DNA of 64,000 nt from positions 1-64,000 of the forward strand of contig MQRK01216436.1 of the NCBI GenBank assembly GCA_001938485.1. Reading direction: 5' to 3'. Below are positions 11,401 through 24,196 of this stretch, in pieces; positions within the stretch are counted from its first letter, which is position 1, and every line of letters starts with the position of its first letter. Below the pieces are notes generated by a model that had not been told where the DNA came from, searched no databases, and saw only the letters and a list, made by a program, of their open reading frames with translations. A program made the translations under genes and the position numbers. This DNA is from Girardia tigrina (lineage: Eukaryota).

Positions 11401-14400
11401 ATCACTGGTATGCTGATGGAACATTTAAGGTAGTTCCATTATTATTCTGGAAAATTTCTACAATCCATATGATAAAAATGGTACATCGTTACCATTAATT
11501 TATGCTCTTCTGACAGAAAAGAGCTGAGTTGTTGCTCAGGTCTGAAGCGTCTTCTTTTTCGTCAGCAATGATGTCCGCCTTTTTAAATCCATTCCGGATA
11601 ATAACTGGAGAGATTTTGTTCCACGCATTAAGTACCAAACTGTATGCATCTGCATGAGTTGTACGACTGTTCAGTTTCTTTTTAACGTTTTCGTACTTGT
11701 GTGCTGCCATGCTGTCAAATATCACCAATGATTTGTTCGAGAAGAGTCCACCCAGTCTGGTTCGAAAACGTATATCAATTCATAACTGGACGACTTCATT
11801 GTCCATCCAGCCTTTTTTGTTGCAGTGTACGAATACACTGGGTATAAACTTTTCGCGGACATCGTTTTTCGTATAAATATAACCATTAGTTTTAGTTTTA
11901 TTCCGTTTGCGGTACATGCCAGAACAACAGTACAATCGGAAACCAGTACATCCCTAATGAGGAGTTAATTTAAATTTGCATCTCGCCAAAATAGTTTATT
12001 ATTTTTTTAATTTGAAAGTTTTTAAAAAAGTAAATAAATACAAAAGTTTTAAAATTAAAAATGATTTAATAAAGAAAACCATCAAAAATTAAATACTTAT
12101 TGTTTGATTGAAAAATGAGGAGGGTGATGCTTTACCGGCATCGGAAGATGAAAATAACGAGACCAATCACCGCCAACAATGGGAACGTGGAGAGATCGAT
12201 TATATGGGAAAAGACTGTTTTCAAAATATTCTGTCGAAATTAAATTCCACTTTAAGTGAAACGAGTGATTCAAATGTCAGCAACGAAGAATAATAAATTC
12301 CAGTTTTTGAAAATGAGCTCATAATCAAAATTCCATTAATGCTTAAATTGCCAGAAAATTAGTTCTTTTGTCAATTTTATGTTTTTGATAATTAGTTTCG
12401 TTACAGAAAATTTGTAGAATATTTGATTATATTTGTGCAATTTTTAATAAACAATTTCGATAAACAATTTTTTAAGGTTTTATTATTGTTTTCGAACTCA
12501 AAAAATTGTATTTTTCGATTTTATAATTTTCGATTTGTTTAAAGCGATCAGGATTGTAAATTGTGGCGCGAAAAAACAATTTGTTAATAAATAAAGTTTT
12601 GGGTGATTAGAATATTTATTCATTTGATTAGAATATTTAAAAAAAAGAGAAAAAAATGAAACGACAATTGATGGAGAATTTTAAATTGAGTTGTGACGAT
12701 CTGGGAAATTTAAATTGTATTTCGGCCAAAAATTCCATGAAATTATTATAGATGGGCGAAAATTTTCCTATTTTAATCGAGTTATTGAATCAGATTTCGG
12801 GAATTTTGTCATTGGAATTGAGAAGTAGAGAAAGAAGTTCTGACAATAAATTCGATTTGTTATTTCGCTTTCTTTCAATTCTGATCAATCACCAATATGA
12901 TCGAATTTTTCCGGTCCGTTGCCAATCTGAAACTCAAGTCTGGATTCGGAATCTCAGACAGTTTACCGCAGTTGATTTATGCTAAAGATTCATTGAAACA
13001 GGAAATCGATTCCGATAAAATAGAAATATTCTATCCAAATTTGTTGGTCATCACACTCGAGATCGATTGTCTGATCACTTCTATAATGACTCATAATGAC
13101 CGCAGTTGATTTATGTTAAAGATTCATTGAAACAGGAAATCGATTCCGATAAAACAGAAATATTCTATCCAAATTTGTTGGCCATCACACTGGAGATCGA
13201 TTGTCTGATCACTTCTATAATGACTCATGATAAATTCACCGAGGATCTAAAAATCGATGTCGCTAGAGAGAATAAAATCGATATCGGGCGGATTCTTGAC
13301 CGGTTGAGTGAAATTGAGAATTTAAGCCCCCCGCGTCCCGCAGTCCACCCCCCAGCGCAAGGACGCCGCGGCCACCAAGCTGCGCTCGCTCTCGCATCTC
13401 CACTTATTTAAAAATAAAAAATGTTTACAGTTATAACAATTGATATATTTTAATAGAAGTTATGAAATAATTTTAAATAAATTTTAAAATAAATAATGAA
13501 CGGATTAAACTTATAATTAGGGAAAATCAAAAGTTGCAATTAAAAAAAATTAAAATTGCGCTTAAAGTTGCACTCAAGTAGCATTAAAAATCACTAAAGT
13601 TGCAATTAAAGTTGCAGTAAAAAATCATAAATACAAATATTCAAATATATTTTATTGAAAAAATCATTCATAGCACATAAGAAATAACTCTTTATGTTTT
13701 CCGGTTTAAAATTCCTTTCTTTGGATAAAATTTTCCCTAAAATTGAAAAACTTCGTTCAATTGATGCCGATGTTGCCTGACATCTAAATAGATGTGAATA
13801 CTCTTCCGGAAAAATAGTTGCATTATTCATCTTTAAAATTGAAAAATATCATTTTTCTCTAATCTCTTTTGAAGATAATCATTAATCTGTCATGGATCAG
13901 TTGAAAAATCACCTTGGAGCACTTTGTATGCTTGCTCTAGTTCTAAGTCTGAAGACTCAAGTTGTTTAATTATTGAAGTAATGTTTGAATAGCACTGAGA
14001 AATAATGATTAGCTGATTTCTTATAAGTTCATTGTTGACAGCTTCCTTAGCTTTTTGGACAATTATCCTAGAGTCATTCTAAGAATTAACTATTGCAAAT
14101 ACATCTGGAAAATGAGCGCTATAAAAGGAGCATGATTCAAGTCAAGATCCCCATCGTGTCACTATTGGAATAGGAGGTTTTCCGATACCTGCAAAATCTG
14201 ATTCACGTGTCTTATTTTTTATTGTGGCTGCTTTCACCGTTGCAATAAGCTCATCGACTTACTTGAAATTTGTTTTTATCTTTATAATGCAGTTGTGCAA
14301 TAGGTGAGGAAGACGAAGTAGATGAAATAGCTTAGGATAAAAATTCTTGAGCATTTTACCAGCCAAAATCATGTAGGGAGCAGCATCTGATATCACTAAG

Positions 14401-17400
14401 AGGAAATGGTTTCGATTTGCTCCAATATTTTTGATTGTTTCATCTACGAGCTGGGATATAAGAGGAGCATTTGGGGAACTAACGATTGGCTCACAGTCAA
14501 TCAAATAGGTTTTTGAAGGCTCAGTCAATAATCCTGCCAATATGTTTACAAATTTATTACCATTTATATCAGTCTCGTCTACCACAAGGAAAAAATTTTG
14601 GTCTCTGAGAATTGAGTGCACTTTTTCTTCAACTGATTTTGCATTATCAGCAACTGCTCGTCAGCAGGTTGACTCAGATGGTAGTGGATTACTTATTTCA
14701 ACGAAGAGCCTTCTTATTGATTGATGGTTAAGTTTATAAAGTGGAATATTTGCAGTGATGAAGGCTTTAGTAACTTGGGTTGTGAATGAATCATGTGTCA
14801 GCTTGAAATTCTCAATTGGTTGCTGATTCTGAATAACTGTTGCTGCTTTTTTGTGATTTAAACCGTCTGTGTTTATCCACAGAAAATTTGCGTTCACAGG
14901 AGACATTTTTTCGGCAACATTTACATCACAAAGTTTTATACGCTGAAATCATGAATTCTTTAGGATATTGCTTAACATAATTGGCAGTTTTCGCTACCTC
15001 GCTTAGCTTAGCCTTCGGCATGCTATAGATAAAAATTAAATTTATACATGCATAAAAAATTTTAATTACTGAACTTAGTCGGAAGAGTATATTGAAATCT
15101 AAGCAAATGAAATATGAACATTACCAAAGAAAAATAAAACAAAACATACTGAAATCAAAAGTGCAAATTTTGTAGTCCTTTAGGAAATTAAACTGTACAG
15201 AGAATGATTAAATTAACGCGTTTAAACAAAAATAATATTAAGAACATTTATTTTTAATATAAATATATTTTTATTTACAATTTCAATATATAATTTTTAA
15301 TATTTCTTGTTTATAATCGTGTCCAGGGGGCACGACATTTTAGTCTCGGAAATTAAAATTTTAAAAAATGAAAAAGTCGGGTAAATTTCAGAAAAAAATG
15401 AAAAATTCAAGTAAATTTTAGAAAAAAATAAAAAATTTGAGTAAATTCTACAAGAAATGAAAAATTTTAGTAAATTTTTAAGAAAATTAAAAATTCAAAA
15501 AATCAAAAAGACAACAAATTGGAAAAATACTATCTTTCAGCTAAAGTTGCACTTAAAGTTGCATTTATGAGCATTTTTTAAAAAAAGTTGCAATATTGCA
15601 TTAAAAAAAAACCAACAAATAGATACTTTTACCTAATGAAAAGCTTGTAAAAGAATTTAAAACTAATCTAGAGTGCATTCAAGAGAGTTGCAAAAAGTTG
15701 CAATGATTTGCCCTTATAATATGATTTACTTATAATATTCTAAGAAATAATTTTATTAAATAAAAGGCTTAAGGTAAATTTAAATAAATTAGTTTTAGGA
15801 TAAAATTTTTAGTTTTAATTTAAAAATTATTTTATTAATTTAAAGTTTTAAAATTAATTAAATTTTAAAAATGGAATTCGAAGAAAAATTTAATAGATTA
15901 ATTTTGGTGAAATAAGTGAATTAAAAAGAAATTTGTTTAATTATGTGAATTATTGTCAGTAATAACATTTTGGTATTAAATTATGAATCCTGATTCTAAT
16001 GATAATGAAAGTGGCATAAACTGTGCTTATAATATCATTTGGAGGATAAGATCGAAGAAGTACTAAAAAACCTATAAGAAAACAAAATAATAGAATGCTG
16101 CAATTTCCCTTTGTATAAGTCTGTCATGTATAAAATATTTACGGAGTTTCCTCGGTTTTGCAATTATTACAGGAAATTTATTAAGGACTGCGCTAAATAT
16201 GTTTAAGTTTTGGAAGGCCTTTGACAAGATAAAGAAAAGAAACTGTTCTGGACCAAAGAATTTAAAATGTCTTTGATAAGTTAAAAGAGGAAATTATGAA
16301 GACAACCATTTTAGCATACCCAGACTTTGAAAACAATTTATTCTAGATACAGATGCTAGTTTTGATACCATTGGTGCAGTATTTTCTAAAAAATGAATTT
16401 GATTATGAACATGTTATAGTTAATGGATCCCACAAAATGAAAAAAAGAACTGTTAGATATATTCTACTTCACTCAACACTAAATATTTTATATATGGAAA
16501 GACATTTAATACGGTAATTACATTTTTACTTACGACCAAAAAACCAATAACGCCTCAATTCAAATCGTGGATATTTTTAAGTAGCTTAGAAATGGAATAT
16601 AGCATACTGTATGTGTGAGTAAAGATGTTATCAAGATCGAAAAGCTTTTCCATCTCTATCAGATTTTTCATTATCATAAAACATAAATGTCTGCTTCAGA
16701 TTAATTAAATATGTATAGGGCGTTTGCAAAACTTCATGAACCCGTAGTTGTTGTTTACAAGTTGTATAAAAGTTGTTGTTTACAAGTTTATGAATAAAGA
16801 CATGTATAAGACGAGTATTTTCAACAAACATTTATTTACATATGTACAATATATATATCATTCACAAAAAATAATGTCCATGACGTAATGTACTTATTCT
16901 ATCTGTCAAAATATGTCGTTTATCGTCAAACCAGTTTAGGCTTTTTTTCCGCATCATTACTGTGGAGACTTGATGTTCTCTTGATTGGATCCTTCGCATT
17001 TCAGAAATTATATTGATTTGTTCCCGCAGCACTCTCATATAATCATGGAATCCGATTTGGTTTGCTAACGTTGCCCGTTGAACTCCCTTTGCCCTCTTTT
17101 TGATCTTGCCATCCACATCAATGGCATACATCTTAGATCGTAGTGCCACGAATCTAGAGATGATTTGACCATTGACTTAATCCTTAAACTTTCCAAGGAC
17201 CTTTTTATTTGATGTTGAATTATTTGGATGGTCCTTTGGATAGTCTGAGGTATCCATATGGTGAGCCATTTGAAAAAACTTCGCAAACAGATCTGTATGA
17301 ATCTGATAGACAAAGCTATCAGTATCCATATATATTTGCTGTAAATCCCGGAATTTAGGGACCATGATGTCATAGTGGAAGTCGTACATCAAGGGGGTTG

Positions 17401-17956
17401 TGGTCAGAATGCCAATTTTCCCCCTACTATAGAATTTTGTTGAAGAACATAAAATTATTCAAATATATTTTTGATACAAAAAGTATCGGGAGATTTTTTA
17501 ACACCCTAATAACGATATAATGATATTTATTATCCGTGAGATTCAATCTGAAATAATGAAAAGCCTAAATAATCTTCTCCAAACAATCGTCAATGTAAAA
17601 TTAAAATTTGTGTATATCAGTTAAAGTATGTATCATTTAAGGTGCAAGAAACTGGTGAGAATAGCTGCATCAATTATCTATATGAAGAAGGAGTTCCGGT
17701 TATTTTCGAAAATCGTTACCCGCGATCAGCATATTTTATGCACCACAAATTTTTCATTGTCGATAATGAAATTTTAATGGTCGGATCGCTGAATTTAACA
17801 CGAACGGCACTCGTGGGCAACAATGAATCAGTAATATGCACAGCCGATCTATCCATTGTTGAGCCGTTTATAACAGAGTTTAATAAACTTTGGACAAATG
17901 ATATGTACGATAAATGTCCTGTCGGAGGGAAAAGCTATAAACCGCTTTTACTATAA
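8464..17956 (+). CDS. PLD6: Mitochondrial phospholipase D / Zucchini endonuclease; exons 8464-8552, 8597-8723, 8777-8983, 17642-17956 (~245 aa)
   Basis: Frame is open across three GT-AG introns (44, 53 and 8658 nt). N-terminal hydrophobic anchor, VIMFPD..PC...CYNPHCKFYH (CCCH zinc wing), SAQKSLDVCMY, IRVITD, single HKD motif MHHKFFIVD and GSLNLT...GNNES. Confidence 0.9.
9365..10065. mobile_element. TGTTT...AAACA element (701 bp, probable solo LTR) inserted in the Tc1 TIR
   Basis: 5-bp TSD ACAAA at 9360-9364 and 10066-10070; removing it restores the TIR. Confidence 0.8.
9441..9830 (-). CDS. Unknown 129-aa ORF wholly inside the 9365-10065 element
   Basis: ATG start and globular-like composition, unlike the AT-rich noise ORFs nearby. 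No recognised domain. Confidence 0.4.
   Translation of the reverse strand: MCNLKELITLPFGYVFNVEYFIKTCGGIYEPWYELMRIFQSCGNNIGTMFWKIIPNEHGIKPTTGVYEGDSDLQLPRIYVYFTSGIHGKCVPISVMVELNSTTLDYVLNSNLGKFFSTRLFHRRFLKCF
11495..11940 (-). pseudogene. pogo/Tigger DDE_1 transposase remnant
   Basis: TVVLACTANG.KLKLMVI, KKGWMDNEV and VIFDSMAAH motifs. Confidence 0.75.
12657..13325 (+). pseudogene. Degraded unidentified protein-coding fragment with a 134-bp tandem duplication (from 12965 and 13099)
   Basis: Overlapping ORFs 12752-12985, 12897-13109 and 13106-13411 with host-like codon use; the peptide KDSLKQEIDSDK.EIFYPNLL.ITLEIDCLITSIMTH occurs twice. Confidence 0.5.
13518..15712 (-). mobile_element. hAT transposon with decayed transposase (~15021 to ~13670)
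   Basis: TIR TAGGGAAAATCA / TGATTTGCC; 8-bp duplication CTTATAAT at 13510-13517 and 15713-15720; AAGTTGCA subterminal repeats at both ends; VVDETD, SDAAPYM, TRWGS and ATSASIERSFS motifs. Confidence 0.9.
16020..16600 (+). pseudogene. Gypsy RT-connection/RNase H fragment
   Basis: LRSFLGFCNYYRKFI, ILAYPDF and FILDTDASFDTIGAV motifs, with stops and frameshifts. Confidence 0.8.
16862..17392 (-). pseudogene. Polinton/Maverick (adintovirus-like) protein-primed DNA polymerase B, C-terminal fragment
   Basis: MYDFHY, YMDTDSF, NKKVLGKFKD, LRSKMYA, KRAKGV and DDKR motifs; one internal stop. Confidence 0.85.
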
Positions 17957-19556
17957 ATTAACAAAAAATAATGAGATTGTTTCTCAAATTTTTCATTCAT
18001 ATAAATAAATGTATTTTCTCTTATTTTTTATTTAACTAAGGTTGTACATGACACGAAAGAAAACGTAATTTGTAAACTAACACGTTAAAACCCAAAAGAA
18101 ATTATTTTTACTTATGAAACATAAATATTGATCACAGGGGTCTACTTATATTACTTATAATTCAATATAGTGCTTTATGCAGCGACAAGGTTTTTTTAAA
18201 GCAGTCTTAAAGTTCACATCTAGTTCTTTAGACACATGGGCTGCACTATTTACCATTTTTACAGTTTGATGTAAAATAAACAATACATTCAGCAAAAAAG
18301 CATAAATTTCCAAATGTTTTGCAATCATAAGTAAATTTTAATCTGCACTTGATAAAAATCTGACTGGAGCAGATGTTCAAACCTTGAAATGTATTCGATT
18401 AGTAGACATTTGATGAACATTAAATCTTTATGTTTCAATGGATAGTCATCGAATGTATTTGCTTCTTTAATTTTTTCAGAAGTACTGCCTCTCGATTTCT
18501 AACTTGTTTTTCTGGAAAGATGAAACACACTGCCAGTTAGGAGCAGTTTGTTGCATTCATACTATGACTCTACCATACTTATGTGTTATATCTATACTTT
18601 AACCTTTTATAGATTCATTCATACCTCAACCTTTTATCGAAATGAGTGTCCAACTGTGTTGGGATTTTAAAACCAAAATATAAATGATTTAATAATTAGA
18701 CAATTAGACTCCCGATAGAGTTTACGATTTTTGCCCGATGCTCGAGTCCCAACTAAAAATTAATTGAAAATAACGATTACCAATTTGTGTAAAAACACCA
18801 AATATTTCAATGATTTATTTGATTCAATTCAAAATGTACAAAGAATCCAATTATAAATACACCGCTCTAATGATTGGAGATTATTAAAATAAAATATTTT
18901 TTTGAATAGTATTCCTTAAATATTCTCAAATACTTTTCTTATTCAATGATATTTTTTGGTTTAAATAAAAATTTTCTTTTTTGTTTTATGTGTGTGACTT
19001 TAACTAAAAATTTGTGAGTATTTAAACCCAAATTATAATTTTAAAAATTTAAAGAATTTTAAAAATATTTTCTTTATTGGAGATTAAATCTCCTTTTTGA
19101 ATTTTTGTTATTTTTTATTTCTCCCTTAAAAAAATCCTTAGTTGGTGCGCGCTACATGAATGCACCCGAGATTATGCAATCAGGTTCAAGTACTTTCAGG
19201 TAGGTTTTCCCCAATATTTCATTTTTAATTGTGACCGAAAAATGTAAGTTCTTTTACACTCTTTTATAATAATGTCAATAATAATACTCATATTAAGAAT
19301 GATAAATGTAATAACAAAAATGTTATATAGCATTAATACTAATTATAATAATATTTTAGAAATGACAATAATAATAATATGTTACGATCGACACTTTCAA
19401 CCCCATATTTGACCCCTTCCATTCATTGCACCACCCCGTGAGCACAGAATTTTGGTGGAGTTCGGGAATAGTCAAACTCGACTATTCCCGGTTGCGTTTA
19501 AATGTTTTCCGTGCGTCAACAGGGCGGTGAATTCCGAAAGGGATCTGTAAGTAGGC

Positions 19557-20249
19557 CTAATAGTGATTAAGGGCCGGAGAGGTTGAGACTGACCGTGAGC
19601 TGAGAAAAACAAATTAATTAAAACCAAAAATCCCAAGAAGACCATACAAGCTCACCTGAGGGCAATAGAGACCGGAAAAGGGATACAGACGAAGATCATA
19701 AACAAGGAAGCGCCATAGTCTTGAGAAGAATCGAAAAAACGTCCCGGAAAACCCTGAGAAGCCCTCAAAAAGATCTAAAAAAATTAAAAACAAAGTTAAA
19801 TTAATTAAGAAAATTAATTAAAAACAAACCATCATCCAATTGCCAGACAGCTGTGAAGGTGGATTCCGGGTCATCCTGAATGAGAGATAATTAAATCAGA
19901 ATATCTCTATTAAATGTTTACCCGAACTGCACAGTCCACTTGAATGCCGGTACAGTCGCGGAGATAGGGAGGCCAGCGGTATTAATTATCTAAAATATAA
20001 AATAATCCGGTAAACAGATGTCAGATAAACATACATCAATAATTACCTTACCATAATGATTCCCCCACTTCTTCTATTCTGGCGCTGAACCAGATACCGC
20101 AGTGCAGACATCGCGAACAAATGCACAACCATCCTGTCCTTAGATAATTTCGACAAAACAGATGGTCGCCGGGTAGAGAGGACATCCTGAGATAACGATA
20201 GTTTAAAAAAAACGATTAAGTAAGAGGACAGGCAGGATAACACAATCAT
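19557..20249 (-). CDS. Predicted antisense spliced ORF in family A U3 (157 aa; exons 20249-20052, 19989-19922, 19875-19830, 19774-19656, 19599-19557)
   Basis: Four GT-AG introns of 62, 46, 55 and 56 nt; the frame stays open to TAG at 19557; contains RASQGFPGR. The start codon is uncertain. Confidence 0.55.
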
Positions 20250-21361
20250 GTTTCTCCCCCCTCTTTTAATCCTGTCGAATAAACAAAATTCACATAACAA
20301 ACATGCATGCAGACCTCCCGAGAACGTCGGACTGGGTGTGCAACCAATCAGGTATATATACCTTGCACATCCTGACGGCAAACACACACTTTTCACTATA
20401 CATCATTTGCGCACTTTGATTACACGCAAATTTATATACACTTTTATATTGAAGTAAGCTCAACACTATTTCACGATATTCTGCGAAAGCTAGAACAATT
20501 CCCTCACGCAATTGAAATAAGAATCTGGTTGAATTTTAATTTAATTTAATTTTATTATTTCACTGTATTGGTAACGTCAATGAATATTTTACTTGGGTAG
20601 CTCACTTTTATTCAATATATTTTTATTATTATCATTTGTTGGTTTTATTCATTTCTTCAACTTTATTTTCTGTCGATAGTATTTCATCATAAAGGGTAGA
20701 ACTGAGGGGTCGATCCCCAAATACCAACCAAGCGAGAGTGCAACGGGAGGTAATTAAGACAGTCGGGGATGACGAGAGAAGTGTGGGGAGATCTTGTGTA
20801 AGAGTTAGGATGGTATTTGTAAATATTGTAGATAAGGATCGGTCGCGATTAGTAAGGGTAGTTAGTAAGTAGATGGTGGAGTCGTTCAAAGTGATTAAAA
20901 AAATGGAAAACTGGCTGAGATTTATAAATAATTTATGTATAAATATATCAAAATTCGAAAACCAATTGAAAATATTTATTAATTTCGACGGTTTAACCGT
21001 CATCGTCAGAACAAATGATTTTTCAAACGAAATTTATTTATATAATGCAGTTAATGATTATGCAATCAATGCGTAATCAGTGCATCATTTAAAAACTCTC
21101 AACAAAGTTGTAGAGAGTGCAGTTTGAACGTTAATTTTAGGATCCAAAGATCTTATATATAACGCTTCACATGTCACTCTCTCCCAATAATTTTTAAATA
21201 TATCTTAAATATAAATATATATAAATATATCTTAAAGTGATAAATATATAAATATATCTTAAGTGATTTACTAAGAAATTGTTATATTATTGCTTTCTCA
21301 ACTAAGATTTATAAATAATTTATGTATAAATATATTTTAAGTGTATTTTAACAATTGTAAT

Positions 21362-24196
21362 TGTGAGGAATATTTTGAATGTTTGATGTTTTGTGTTTGA
21401 ATGTGTTTGAATTTGAAAATGAATAAGCATGAACTAGACTATTGCATTACAAGGAAAGAACTACTTGCAATTTATTATTTCACATAGCATTTTAAACATT
21501 TCTTATATGGAAAAAGATTTTTGTTGCGAACAGATCATAAAGCTATTACGTTTATGATGACTACAAAGAACCCTATCACACCACAGTTCCAAACATGGAT
21601 AAATTTTCTGAATAGTCTTGACATGAAAATGGAATATTGAAAAGGTGAAAAACATTCAAATGCTGATGCAATGTCAAGAAATTCGTGCGAACTATGCAAT
21701 CAGTGTCAAACAATGCATGAAGAGGCCAAGAAAGGAAAGATTAAAACAAGAATACTGGCATTAAGTGAAGAATCAGATGGTTTTAAATGGCAGAAGAATA
21801 ATAATGAAATAAAACAAATAATCGAGGACATAAGTAAAGGTAAAACAAGAAAATGGGCATTAAGGAATGATATTTGTAAAAATAGATATTAGAACACGAT
21901 GGTAAATATCTATTTTTACGATAGAATAGATATAAAAAATATATAATGTAAAAATATATAATTTCAATTAAATAACGGATGGATAAAATTTATAACAGAA
22001 ATAGTGATAATTGTTCCACGAATATTTAACGAAATAAATTAATGTTACGCAATGGATCTTCTCAAAATATCTGGAAATGAAGTGAGAAGGAATTTCTTTT
22101 CTTTTGTAATACGGTAATCTAGGTAGACGATGATTTTCCAAGTATATAATATAGATATTGATAATATTGATAATGTTAATGTGTTGATACGAATAAATGA
22201 TAAATCTTCTTACTCGTTGAATATTTGGACCGATATCAGGATATTCAAGGTATTTAGGTAAATATAGTCAACGAAAATATTATTAATTCTGCTGATATAG
22301 CAATATTGATTTTGTGATCGATTTGCATATTTGGTAAGTTATTTTGATAAATTATTATTTTATTGTTGATTGGGGAATTAATTATTTCTGCTTTGATTTT
22401 GACTTTCTTTCTTTCTTTTACATTCTTTTAAATTTTCTTTATTTGATCTTTTAATTTTTTAACTTGCGCTAAAAAAAAATAAATCACTTTCTGGACTTGA
22501 CAACAAAAAATAAATAACATGCTGTTTTACATGGTCGAACTAAAAAATTATATTTGTACATTTAACCAGGAATGAAATTTATCACAAAAATAAAAAACAT
22601 AAAAAATAACAAAAATCGCATGCCATAAAGGCAAATAAAAAATACATATATATTGAAAAGCTTTAAAAATTATTACATAACCAAAAGGTATTAAAAAAGA
22701 AATGAAAGCGTAGGAAATCTGTAGAAGTAGAACAAAACTTTGTCACTCACGAAATAAGTAGGGCACTACAATATCGTCATAAATCAAGAAAATAAATACT
22801 GGATCCCAAAGGCAGAACGAGCAAATTTTATTGAAGAAATGCACAAATTGTTGTGTCATGCATGTTGTAAAAAGGTCTATAACTACCTCTGAGATGATTT
22901 CGACATGGAAAATATAAGAGCATTTATAAAAGAAATAGTTCAAAGTTGCATAAATTGTCAGAAAAGGAAGACACTAACAACCAAAACAAAAGAAAAGCAT
23001 ATAAAGCAATTAGCGGATGAACCTTTCCAGAAAATATACATTGATTTTTGTGGACCATTCAAAAGAAATATAAATGGATGTCAATATATATTTACAATAA
23101 TTGACCAGTTTAGTAGATATATTAGCTTGAATGCAGCAGCTAGTCAAGATGAAAAAACAGTTAGAAAATTATTATTTGACAGATGAATATGGAAATTCGG
23201 ACCACCAAAAGAAATCCACGTAGACAGAGGAAAAACATTTGAATCGGCTTTGTTCAAGGACATGGCGAAAAAATTTAAAATTGAGGTGTTTTATTCGAGT
23301 CCATATCATCATAACACAAATGGAATCGTGGAAAGACAGTTTCGCACGATTAGAGATGCTTTCAATATTAGAATGAAGGATGGAGATCATAAAGATTGGA
23401 CAGAAGTCTTATCAGAAGTCAAGTTTATGTTAAATAGTACTGTACAAGCTCCGACAGGCATGTCNNNNNCCGAGATAGTATTTGGAAGAAAACTGAGACA
23501 TTGGTGGAAGAACAATTACGAAGATAACAAAAATTTGAAAGCAGTTGAACAAAAAACAGAGACAAGAAGAATTTTTGAAGTCGGAGACAAAGTATTAATT
23601 AAGAAGGAAAATGTCTCAAAAGAAGATGACCGTTACATGGGTCCCGCAACAGTGGTGAAAAGAAATCATGAAAGAAGTTACGAGTTACAGCTTGAAGATG
23701 GAAGAAGTTTTATTAGAAATGTTGAATGGGTAAAGCAATTTAAATCGAGGGGGATGTGAGGAATATTTTGAATGTTTGATGTTTTGTGCTTGAATGTGTA
23801 TGTTGATTTGGAAATGTGTCTCTCCTACCCAGATGGATGATTAATGTTTTAATTCTTATTATCTAAAAATATGTAATGTTTAAATTTATTTCTAATTTCA
23901 AATAATTTTAAAATTTTAAGTAAGTTAATTAATTTTTATAATATTTAATAAATAAGTCAAATTAATATTTTTTAAATAATTAATTATCATTTTGATTATT
24001 ATCCAATAAGTTTTGAGTGAATATTTTATTAAAATATTTATTTCCCCATTTTCTAAAAAAAGTAATGAGAATTAAACCATCAATCAATTTTCGCTTTGAA
24101 TGCAAATGTACGAAAGTTTTGACAAAGATTGTTTTGAGGACAATCAAAATTGTTGTTTAAATAAAAATATAAAAAATCAAATTGTTGTTCTTAATA
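21362..24196 (+). mobile_element. Deleted Gypsy family B provirus (truncated 5' LTR, RNase H, integrase, PPT, 3' LTR 23756-24196)
   Basis: TGTGAGGAATATTTTG at 21362 and 23756; RKELLAI, LRTDHKA, YIDFCGP, SPYHHNTNGIVER and GPATV motifs; PPT GAGGGGGA; 5-bp TSD GTAAT. Confidence 0.9.
21875..22770. mobile_element. Solo LTR (896 bp) nested in Gypsy B pol
   Basis: TGTA...TACA termini; TSD ATAT(T/C); pol reads ...RNDI|VINQENKYW across the insertion. Confidence 0.75.

Noticed and set aside
13327-13402. 75-bp very GC-rich island
   Set aside because: No tRNA/rRNA fold, repeat or second copy was seen, so nothing could be assigned.
18130-18780. Possible transposase remnant downstream of PLD6
   Set aside because: Too decayed to show a diagnostic motif.
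20632-21003. 123-aa minus-strand ORF in family A LTR, loosely like 50119-50460
   Set aside because: The similarity is only compositional (Ser/Thr/Leu from purine-rich plus strands), with no convincing alignment.
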